A stretch of 63,932 nucleotides of DNA, taken from contig NC_043017.1 in NCBI RefSeq assembly GCF_006345805.1, forward strand, positions 16,306,069 through 16,370,000, written 5' to 3'. Positions 53,620 to 63,932 of this stretch are shown here, piece after piece. Positions within the stretch are counted from its first letter, which is position 1; each line of letters begins with the position of its first letter. The position numbers were made by a program, and so were the translations under genes. Source of the DNA: Octopus sinensis. Its lineage: Eukaryota. The notes below the pieces were generated by a model that saw only the letters and a list, made by a program, of their open reading frames with translations, was not told the DNA's origin and ran no database searches.

Positions 53620-54190
53620 ACCTCTTTGCTTACTCCGACTTCTCATGGAAAATGCAGAGAGCTATGAAAAGCCACAACAGCAACTGAGATACGGGATGTG
53701 ATGATTAGTTCACGAGGTGCAGATTGCCCGCTTTGGAGGATTTGTCCTATTAGCTCCATGCATATATGCCTGACTTTTTCGCCAACATTTTAGTAAAAGT
53801 ATACTGCAATCGACAGCAGAACGAGCGCATTCCTAGTTTTGTAAGACAGGAGATGATGGCACTGTTTAGGGAAGACAAGAACAAACAGGGTGCAATTGAT
53901 AATTTCCGAACCATAACTCTACCAAATGTAGAAATTAAGATTTTGGCTAAAGTACTGGCAAAAAGGTTGGCACTTGTCGAGAGTTTTTTTTTTTGGTGGG
54001 GTGGGGAAGCACATATGTGCATAACCAAAGCCCAGTCTGTCCACGACAAAATCCATCTCTTGCGATGTATTGTAACGTTAGTAATTAGTAAAACAGTCTT
54101 TCATGAGCCTCTCATCAACTTGGGTCAATCGAAAGATCTCGATCAGGTCAACCATCGGTACCTGACGGCTTTCCTGTCTTCAAAAGCTGG
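53620..54190 (+). mobile_element. Decayed L1/Tx1 RT fragment with an inverted duplicate at 54393-54605
   Basis: DNFRTITLPNVEIKILAKVLAKRL and LINLGQSKDLDQVNHRYL; 53948-54160 is the reverse complement of 54393-54605. Confidence 0.8.
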
Positions 54191-55440
54191 GTTATTTCAA
54201 TGAAGAACTGCACCTGATCGGTAGTCAAAGTAACCCCACACAGAAACCATTTGAGTAGATGCTCAGTAGTGTATGCTATGCCGATCAGATCAAAAGGGAT
54301 CGAAACTTGTCTCCTTCCCTGCAAACGAAGCCCATGTTTTCTCCTAAGCATGTAAATTGTGTGAAAACCATTGTTAAATTTTGGCTTAAGTATACCGATG
54401 GTCGACCTGATCGAAAACTTTCGATTGACCCAAGTTGATGAGAGGCTCATGAAAGACTGTTACTAATTACTAACGTTACAATACATCGTATGAGATGGAT
54501 TTTGTCGTAGACAGACCGGGTTTTGATTATGCACATATGTGCTACCCCCGACCAAAAAAAAAAAAAAAACTCTCGACAAGTGCCAACCTCTTTGCTAGTA
54601 CTTTATTAAGACTCGTCTTAATAATACCGAAACCATCCCTAGTTGTTCCTCGTCTGAAACTAAAGATCATATATTTTCCTAAGCTTGAAAATTAGCCTTG
54701 TGAAATTCAGTCATTATGCCTTCAAACTATTTTCCCTCTTCTTTGTGAATAGTTAACAAATGCATCTTCTTTTTTTATTTCTTTCTCTAGCTAATGAGGG
54801 TAATTCAAAATAATTAAAAAGAATTTTATGTACATTACTCCATACACCGTACCTGAACGTTATTATCTAAATTCATATCTTCGATCCACTTGAGTATTTC
54901 TCGCAGCTCATTAAATTTCTAAATTACCAAAGTACTAAAAACTTTTCGTGATTTTACGTTTCAAAGATTACTTGGGCATACTAAGCTATGCATATAAACT
55001 CCTATAATATCGAAGCAAGTCTGCAGCTGTCACTTTCTTCGCAAACAAATCTCAAGTTTTTACCTGTAATCTTTTTTATTGAACTAATTCTTCATTTCTT
55101 GAAAATATAACCCTATCATTGCCGCTAACAATTACTGCTAGATTTCAAACGATTGAGAATATTTTGTGCTCTCGTGTGTCTGTGTGTGTGCGTGCGTGTT
55201 TGATTCTCCAAATGGGAGAAAAATCCTTCAGTAGATAAAGCGGAATATATTAGTTCGTTGGAAGCTGATGAGTTTCTAAGTTTTATATGTAAATCCATAT
55301 TCATTATAATTATCAGCTGTAAACATCAAATAACGTCTCCAAGGTAGAATGCCAGCCACGTGTGTATCACTTGTTAAGTTACCACGTTTACAGATTACAA
55401 TTCACGAGAAATGGTCAGTAATTTAGCATATGTAAATATG

Positions 55441-55610
55441 CTTGTTTCTCTCATTTTTTTTTTTCTGTGTTCCTTTCTGTAGAAGAGCGTAGGCTCGAAA
55501 CGTAAAAGACTTTTTCTATTTCTGAGCGCTATACTAATACATCTGTTTGTTTTGCACACACACCTGTCTTCGACTTTTGTGTTTTTCGTAAACTCTCCCT
55601 ATATATATAT

Positions 55611-55684
<74 letters not shown>

Positions 55685-55990
55685 GATATATATATATATA
55701 TATAGATATATATATATATAAAGTTAATCCAAACAAGAAAACAAAAAAAAGACAACAACGCAAAGAGGTGGAACAATAAAGTATTATTAGGCGCTCAGGA
55801 AAAAGGGAAGAAGGAGGGTATGACGTTTCGAGCGGAGCTCTTCGTCGGAAACATAAAGAAGAAAGATCCCGAGGTGGGAGGACAGAGGGAAAAAAACGCG
55901 AGTGGTCTTCACGAGGTAAACATACTGAAAGGCGGAAGTCGTAGACAAGAGGGGACAGGTTTTCAAAGACAGGAGAGCGGAAAAAGAAGG
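55441..55990. mobile_element. Element X copy 3 (+, 55441-55600) and a related element in the opposite orientation (55725-55990), separated by (TA)n
   Basis: Hammerhead-like fold at 55473-55508 (+). Minus strand 55819-55853 reads CCGACGA-A-GAGC-tcc-GCTC-GAAA-CG-TC. Confidence 0.7.
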
Positions 55991-56020
55991 AAGGTAAAAC
56001 ACAATATATATATATATATA

Positions 56021-56070
<50 letters not shown>

Positions 56071-56071
<1 letters not shown>

Positions 56072-56462
56072 CCCTTAGGGGTTAGCCATATTGAAATGGC
56101 AAAAATACGTCACGATGTTTACCGCTACGTATATAACTCACTTGATATTTATCATTGTTTGATTTCACATTTTTCAATATCAGCGACAGTGGACCGCTGG
56201 AAAAAGTATAAGTATTTGTGAAGGAAATCTAATTCTCGGCGACAACTATGATTGTCACACGCTGACGAGAGGTCAATACCTCGAAACTCGAGTTGTGTGT
56301 ATCATAAGTTGAAGACGGGAAGGATGACTTCCCTTTGCAAATACTGACAGGACACAGAAAGTGTGTCTATGGCAGCTGGAGGAGTGTGTCCTCCTGGGGC
56401 TAAAAACTACAGTAGCATCCACCCTTAGGGGTTAGCCATATTGAAATGGCAAAAATACGTCA

Positions 56463-56466
<4 letters not shown>
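56071..56466 (+). mobile_element. 350-nt unit with 46-bp perfect terminal redundancy and an internal hammerhead (retrozyme-like)
   Basis: acccttaggggttagccatattgaaatggcaaaaatacgtcacgat at 56071-56116 and 56421-56466; (TA)n outside both ends. Confidence 0.75.
56243..56311 (+). ncRNA. Extended type I hammerhead ribozyme
   Basis: CAAC-TATGAT-tgt-CACAC-g / CTGACGA / GAGG-tcaata-CCTC / GAAA / palindrome ACTCGAGT / T17 at 56294 / GTGTG-t-ATCATA-a-GTTG. Confidence 0.75.
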
Positions 56467-56537
<71 letters not shown>

Positions 56538-58317
56538 AAGATAGTTCTCATCTCGCACACTACCGTCTTAATTTAGCAAAGGCATATACAGAAAGAGATG
56601 GTCATGGGTGGATTTGTTTTTAATCATTGATATGATTAATTAGGACTCACTCGGTTAAACAATCTAAAAAAAAAAGAGAATGCGCCACTCCTTTCTTTAT
56701 CAAATGTGTACCATCAATGTCTAATTTAGTTTTGAAGATGTTGAAGATTTAAACGCACACACACGAACGCATTTACAACGCATATACATACCTACACAGA
56801 CGCATGTAAAATATATTTCTAATGGCAATACTCCCGCATACATACATACATACATACATACATACATACATACATACATACATACATACATACATACATA
56901 CACACAGCCAGACAGCTAGACAGACAGGCAAATAGATAAAGAGATGAATAGACTGGGATGGAGTTGTAAGGCCATGTGCATAGTTATTCAACGATGCGTG
57001 AAAAGGAAATAAATATTACTTGACAATTAAAGTATTTTCCATTGACAAATGTCTAAGACCAGCGTGGACAAGTTTCAGTGTTTTATTGATGTTCACCTCT
57101 GTAAGTGCAACCCTACATTAATTCGCTGAAATATTGGGGATCGAAGACACTGAACAAAAAAATACCTACTTTGAAGCATAGATTATTAAAAAGATACTGT
57201 TGGACTTTAGCCTAACAGTATTTTCTTTGTCCTAATTTCAACAGGATAATTAATAGTTTGAACTTGTCATTGATCATATTGACAGAGAAGCAGAAAACTT
57301 CATCAACAACCTCCACCTCTGCTATTCATCATAAAATGAATAGGTCCACAGAACTATTCTCCTTTTGTTTCTCTTGGTTTAATGACGGATAATGGGATGA
57401 ATGTATCGTGTCAAGATAGAATTTTATTTTATTTCGTGACGTCATTAAGTAGGCAGAATAATCATTAAGAGAATTGTAAAAAGAAATCAGAATCTAATGA
57501 GGTCAATATGAATTAATATACAAAGCACGTAATTCCATATCAGCTTTGAAAAGAACAGCTTCGTAGCCAGATGCTCTCTAACTCCTGCTTAACTAATCGA
57601 TCACATGAAGGATCGATTAAATATGCACGTTATGTAAGGCATTTCGAGACACGTTTTCGTTTTTACTGAATGCTTAAAGATAACATAATATACGAAACAT
57701 AAATCATTTTTATATTTCTGCTATATTTTAGCCGTTATGTTTCTTTATAGCACCGATAACGAAATTTCAACAAAGAGCAACTCTAAAAGCGCTCAATCTG
57801 CAGCTCTGAAATGCCGTGTACGAATGTGTGTGTGTATCGCATGCAGAATCTTCGATATCGATATGATTAAATATTGCCATTCCATAAACGACAAATGATG
57901 TTTTTTAAAATATATTTTAGATTTATTGAAGGAATTTGTCACAGTTGCAATTTTTCTTCTGTAAGTCACGAAGGCAAACAGACTGATGTCTCTAGAGATT
58001 TATTCGACTAACGTCTCCCAACATTTGTACAGGGATGCAGGCGACCATACATTTAGGGGTGTACAAGTTTCCCTGCATTTTTACAGCAAGGATCAGATGC
58101 AGCACATTGTAATGCAATACAGCGAACAGAACAAGACAGAAGATTATTTGTTGATAACAATATAATCCTATCGATAAGTTCACAAAAAACATGCGCCGAA
58201 AATCAACACAATTACAGCTCACGTGAAACACTCTTTGTCAGTAACTTATTAATTTCATGGGATATTTCATATTGCTTCTAATATGTGTGTGTGTGTGTGT
58301 GTATGTGTATACGTAGT

Positions 58318-58504
58318 ATGTACGCACATAAACACATACATACATACATACATACATACATACATACATACATACATACATACATACATACATACATGCT
58401 TACATATATACATACATATATACATACATACATACATACATACATACATACATACATACATGCACATATACATACATATATACATTCATACATACATACA
58501 TACA

Positions 58505-58538
<34 letters not shown>

Positions 58539-59925
58539 CATACATACATGGTGGTTGCCCCCTCGTTATCGAGTATGGCCATTGCACGAAGCTTAATCAA
58601 TGTTGTTATCGTGCAATGCCTGTGCAAGAAGATTTTTGTTAAAGTGAGGAAAGGCTATGCATTGAGTCAATCCCACTCACTAAGCAACAGCAGCCATAAT
58701 CCGAAAAGAAGAACAAGTCAACATCATCGGTAACCACTGAGCCGCAGGTTTTATGTCGGAGTTATTCCAGTTACCTGAGTTACCTTCTCGAAGGATGCCC
58801 TAACAAAGGCTAGGAGTCCTTCACTCCCAATGGTTTAACCGCGCGATCGGGTATTCAGTCCGATTATTTCTATGTCCCCGCGCATGATACAGCCTTAAGA
58901 CATTTATTGGATGGCCGTTGACTCTCAAGAGTTCCTCTGCCCTTTGACGGGTTTTGTTTTTCATCCCGCAGGGTGTCCAATAAACATCCTCCTCACCAAG
59001 CAAGCTTGGTGGGGTTGCCGGTTTAGTCACCGACGACCTGACCATGCAACAGGTTGTACTGGGTTACATGTTACCAGTAGCACTCGAAAGTGACCTGACA
59101 TACATACATACATACACACATACACACATACATACATACATACACACATACACACATACATACATACATACATACACACACACATACATACATACATACA
59201 TACATACATACATACATACACACACACATACATACATACATACATACATACATACACACACACATACATACATACATACATACATACATACATACATACA
59301 CACCACACATACATACATACATACATACATACATACACACACACCATACATACATACACACACATACATACATACATACATACATACATACATACATACA
59401 CACACACATACATACATACACACACATACATACATACATACATACATACACACACATACATACATACATACATACATACATACACACACACATACATACA
59501 TACACACACACATACATACATACATACATACATACATACACACACACATACATACATACATACATACATACATACATACATACACATACATACATACATA
59601 CATACATACACACACACATACATACATACATACATACATACATACACACACACATACACACACATACATACATACATACATACATACATACATACACACA
59701 CACATACATACATACATACATACATACATACACACACACATACATACATACACACACACATTCGTACATACATACATACATACATACACACACCACATAC
59801 ATACATACATACATACATTCATACATGCATACATACATACATACATACATACATACATACATACATACATACATACATACACACACACATACATACATAC
59901 ATACATACATACATACATACATACA

Positions 59926-59956
<31 letters not shown>
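58318..59956. repeat. (TACA)n/(CACA)n tracts at 58318-58548 and 59099-59956
   Basis: Read directly; source of the long HTYI/MYVC ORFs. Confidence 0.95.
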
Positions 59957-60436
59957 GGCATTAGAGGACTACTTGAAATGCCATTTCAACGTTTCTTTTG
60001 CAATTATGCCACCTCTTTCAGCCTTAATCAGTAACTAATTTATTTCTTCTGCCATTATTACCAAAATTTATCCAAGTGGAATTTCCCTTCTACGTTCCTG
60101 GCTGATAACGACACCAACACCGATTCCATCGTAAGCAGCACTCGACGCCTGCAAGTTATTTAAGATGACATAATCATTCTTCTTACTTCACTTGTCTTTG
60201 CACGTTTCGCTTCGGTGCTATCAAAAAGCTCAAGGTGACTCTTCTATTGACTATAAGAAACGGCTAAAGAAATACCGGAACCACGTCATCGAGACTTAAA
60301 GTATTTTACGGCAAACAGCTTCGATAACATGATTCTTTCTTTGCGAGAAAATGGCAATCGCCTATAGTAATTGCTATACCAACTCATCTGGTACTCATCT
60401 GTCTTCTCAAAACAATGAAAACCGACCAAAATCTGC

Positions 60437-60668
60437 TATCATCATCATCATTGTTCGACCGTGGTCGAGACAATGGAATTTACCATGCTACGCCAGACTT
60501 CACGGTCCATCATGGCATTACGGAGGTCCTGTTGCTGGATGCCTGTATCCCTGGAGATTACATCAGGGTAGGAGAGTGTGCGCCCTCTGGTATTGCGAGT
60601 AGATGGCTTCCAGAGGAGAAGAGTAGAAATTGCCTCGTTTTCCGCTCTACAACAATGTCCAGCAAATC
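60437..60668 (-). mobile_element. RTE-clade LINE 3' fragment with (TGA)n tail
   Basis: FAGHCCRAENEAISTFLLWKP...RGRTLSYPDVISRDTG...DLRNAMMDREVWR...VEQ-stop, then tgatgatga. Confidence 0.8.
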
Positions 60669-61510
60669 TGCTATGAGAGATATCGAAAATAATCTAAAGA
60701 AATGGCTACCGCCATCACTAGACTCTTCTATAACCCGACATGTGACCGATTCGACATTGATGGTTGTAGAATATATTCAGCGTAAGGATGGATAGTTTGA
60801 AACCATTGTTCGTAAAAAAACAAACAAACAAACTTTTCAGTTTTTATAAGCTTTGATGAAGTTAAAGAAAAAACTGCTGCTTTAATATTAAAACTTATCG
60901 ATGATGTTGGAGAGCACATGGAATTATGTGATATTAATTACTGAACAATTAATACCTTTCTATACACGGCTGCTTTAACTCTTAATTAATGAATACTTAT
61001 GGGAATCCTGCAAAGTATCTGCTAATAAGACAGAAGCAAATTAAGTGGAAAACAAAACTCCAAGAGAACACCAATAGTATTCACCGCCATATTGAATGGT
61101 TAACCGCAATAATAACATGTAAAGGGAATAATGAGCTCACACCTTGCCAACTACATCTTATACAATACAGACCAAAATTCTACAGCGGTTCTCCAATTCC
61201 AGCTCTTGAGAGGAAGTTAATTACTTTAACGCAGGAACTGAGATCGCCGAGCGAAAGAATTCGTTATTGTAAAAAAGTATCCAAGTGAACCAGTATAAAT
61301 CACAAGTTTGCTTCCAATCTGCAAGCATTAAACCGGGAGATCAGTTGGAAAAACGTTACTGTTAAGAAAAACTAAGTACCTAGAAGCCGTTTCGAATTTC
61401 TGCTCTGTCTCCGAACGTCTTCCGAAGTGGACTCGTCTTACACATCCACGGAGATTTAAGTAATATAAACCTGATTCAAACTGCTTTAAATATACATTAC
61501 TCCAACCAAG

Positions 61511-61912
61511 GGCGGCGAGCTGGTAGAAATGTTAGCACGCCGGGCGAAATGCGTAGCCGTATTTCGTCTGCCGCTACGTTCTGAGTTCAAATTCCGCCGA
61601 TGTCGACTTTGTCTTTCATCCTTTCAGGGTCGATAAAATAAGTACCAGTTACGCACTGGGGTCGATGTAATCAACTTAATCCGTTTGTCTGTCCTTGTTT
61701 GTCCCCTCTATGTGGGTAGTAAAGAAATAGGTATTTCGTCTGTCGTTACGTTCTGAGTTCAAATTCCGCCGAGGTCGACTTTGTCTTTCATCCTTTCGGA
61801 GTCGATAAATAAAGTATCAGTTTCGCACTGGGGTCGATATAATCGACTTAATCCATTTGTCTGTCCTTGTTTGTCCCCTCTATGTTTAGCCTCTTGTGGG
61901 TAGTAAAGAAAT
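61511..61912 (+). mobile_element. SINE family A dimer with 14-bp TSD
   Basis: Junction at 61730/61731; TSD attactccaaccaa at 61496-61509 and 61919-61932. Confidence 0.9.
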
Positions 61913-62344
61913 ATATATATTACTCCAACCAAATGGGTTGGGTGCTACTTTCGGGCCAACAAAGATTATGCAGTTGTAGAATTCATGATACTTGGTATAT
62001 TTAGTGATTATTTTTCTTCTGTTGAAGGAGAAAATACAAGTCTTTATGAATGCGCGTGTGTTCATGGCCAAGAGTACATTGTGCGTGTGTAATTGTATAG
62101 GTGTGTGCCTGTTATGTGCCACTTGATATAATGTTCGGTCCTTTTTCCAGTAATTTCTTCAATTTATTCTTATATTCCTCACAATAGCTATTTATGCTCC
62201 AGAGCGCTGAAGGGCTTGCCCAGTCTCATTTCGCCTTGGTACACTCCTTGGCAAAGAAGACTTTCTAACCACTCACTAAATGTTGTGAGATACGTTCATC
62301 CTAATTATTGGTTTCAAATTTTGGAACAAGGACAACAATTTCAG

Positions 62345-62510
62345 GGGCAAGTCGATTATATTAACCCCAGTGCTCAACTGGTACATAATTTATCGACCTC
62401 GAAAGGATGGAAAGTAAAGTCAACCTCGGCGGCATTTGAACTCAGAACATAAAGATGAAATTTCTCTAAGCATTTTGCTCGGCATGGTAATGGTTCAACG
62501 ACCTCGCTGC
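62345..62510 (-). mobile_element. Diverged SINE family A relative
   Basis: Reverse complement contains gttctgagttcaaatgccgccgaggttgactttac and tcgataaattatgtaccagttgagcactgggg. Confidence 0.7.
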
Positions 62511-63494
62511 TTTGAGTTCAACCTAAATATGAAATACCAGTCATTATGTATACACACAGATACTTAATTATCCGTTTATATTCGCTTATGTATAATCATG
62601 TACACGTATACACGCAGTACACTCATTTCGCATAAATATTTTGTTACAAACTTATCAACAATACCAAAGTTTAGAAGTGACATATTATACTTTGACACAG
62701 ATTAGAAATTAATTTAAGTAATTATAATACACAATCATACACCCACATCTATAACCACTACCAGCTTATCTCTTCATAGAGAACGGACCACATCCTTTCA
62801 TTTGTTAAAAGTATCTCTTGTTCTGAGATTTGGTTTGAAGAAATTATATTTCTACTCTCTGCCCACTGTCTGAAACATAATGTGAATAATCGCCCGAAGG
62901 AAAGTTAAAAAGAAAAAGAAATAAAAGTACAAATATAAAGAGAGACAATTTGACAACAGAAGTAAAACCGAGGAGGAAGAAAGAAATCATTTAACAGGAT
63001 ACAGAAATCAGGTAAGTCTGTCTTTTAGTGATCTACCGTTTCATACATACCGCTGTTGGTGAAGCAGACAAACTTTGAAGGGATCAAAGTAATTCCTCAG
63101 ATGTATAACTTGTTTTTTTTAAGAGTTAAAAGCATAATTAAAGCCAATAATTAAAGAAGCACAAATTATATTGAATGACATGGATGGAATCCAATTATCC
63201 TACCTGAGCAGTTCCAGTCGTTTCCAAAGGAAAAACCCCACATCTCTGACGAACAAATCCTAATCGTCTTCTTTAAATATGCATCAGGGGAGCGGAATAG
63301 CTACAGTACAGCAATTGGGGTACGTGCCCTCACCTTAAAGCCGTGTAGAGCACCATATTGTGATTTAAATGTTTTATTTAATCTTAACATAGGAGGCTAG
63401 TTTGGAAATGTACCCGTCTGTTCATTTGCAATAACAAAAATTATATATGGGAACAGATATAGTTTTGCATTAATATATGCGTACTACCCACGAA

Positions 63495-63908
63495 GGTGGC
63501 GAGCTGGCAGAAACGTTAGCACGCCGGACGAAATGCGTAGCCGTATTTCGTCTGCCGTTTACGTTCTGAGTTCAAATTCCGCCGAGGTCGACTTTGCCTT
63601 TCATCCTTCGGGATCGATAAATTAAGTACCAGTTACGCACTGGGGTCGATATAATCGACTTAATCCGTTTGTCTATCCTTGTTTGTCCCCTCTGTGTTTA
63701 GCCCCTTGTGGGTAGTAAAGAAATAGGTATTTCGTCTGCCGCTACGTTCTGAGTTCAAATTCCGCCGAGGTCGACTCTGCTTTTCATCCTTTCGGGGTAG
63801 ATTAAATAAGAACCAGTTACGCACTGGGGTCGATATAATCGACTTAATCCGTTTGTCTGTCTTTGTTTGTCCCCTCTGTGTTTAGCCCCTTGTGGGTAGT
63901 AAAGAAAT
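63495..63908 (+). mobile_element. SINE family A dimer with 20-bp TSD (one mismatch)
   Basis: Junction at 63726/63727; TSD atatatgcRtactacccacg at 63473-63492 and 63909-63928. Confidence 0.9.
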
Positions 63909-63932
63909 ATATATGCATACTACCCACGCTCG

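Noticed and set aside
58640-59098. GC-richer segment resembling a retroelement UTR
   Set aside because: No second copy, coding motif or termini in the window to support a call.
49573-59964. Long ORFs rich in Y/I/H/T or M/Y/V/C (up to 306 aa)
   Set aside because: Stop-free frames of (TA)n, (TACA)n and (CA)n microsatellites, not genes.
60415-60795. 126-aa plus-strand ORF with a normal-looking composition
   Set aside because: It is mostly the antisense frame of an RTE C-terminal fragment.
61383-61445. Possible decayed hammerhead on the minus strand
   Set aside because: The core reads AAGACGA and the helices are unconvincing.

Overview
AT-rich, microsatellite-dense eukaryotic DNA. The SINE, LINE and microsatellite content suggests a cephalopod, probably Octopus; this is an inference, not verified. 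The window holds two same-strand paralogous host genes for DUF229-type (alkaline phosphatase/sulfatase-fold) type II membrane proteins (2393-4357 and 42762-44826), each with one large coding exon. Gene 2 has no ATG before its signal anchor; a candidate 32-nt coding exon (38703-38734) supplies one in frame. The rest is mobile DNA: non-autonomous Helitrons with exact A^T sites, at least four tRNA-derived SINE families, Tx1/L1, R4/Dong, CR1 and RTE LINEs, Penelope (GIY-YIG) fragments, a mariner remnant, a hAT MITE and several foldback palindromes. Most ORF-track entries are microsatellite or TE artefacts. Main discoveries: (1) a 350-nt, terminally redundant, hairpin-rich element with a near-canonical type I hammerhead ribozyme (56071-56466), resembling a retrozyme/circRNA copy; (2) about ten more hammerhead motifs, two with intact cores and several with large helix-II inserts; (3) a Tx1-like LINE inserted three times into (TATC)n whose 3' tail is shared with the most abundant SINE; (4) a 111-bp tandem array that is an in-frame 37-codon piece of an R4/Dong ORF. 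All structures and alignments were read by eye.
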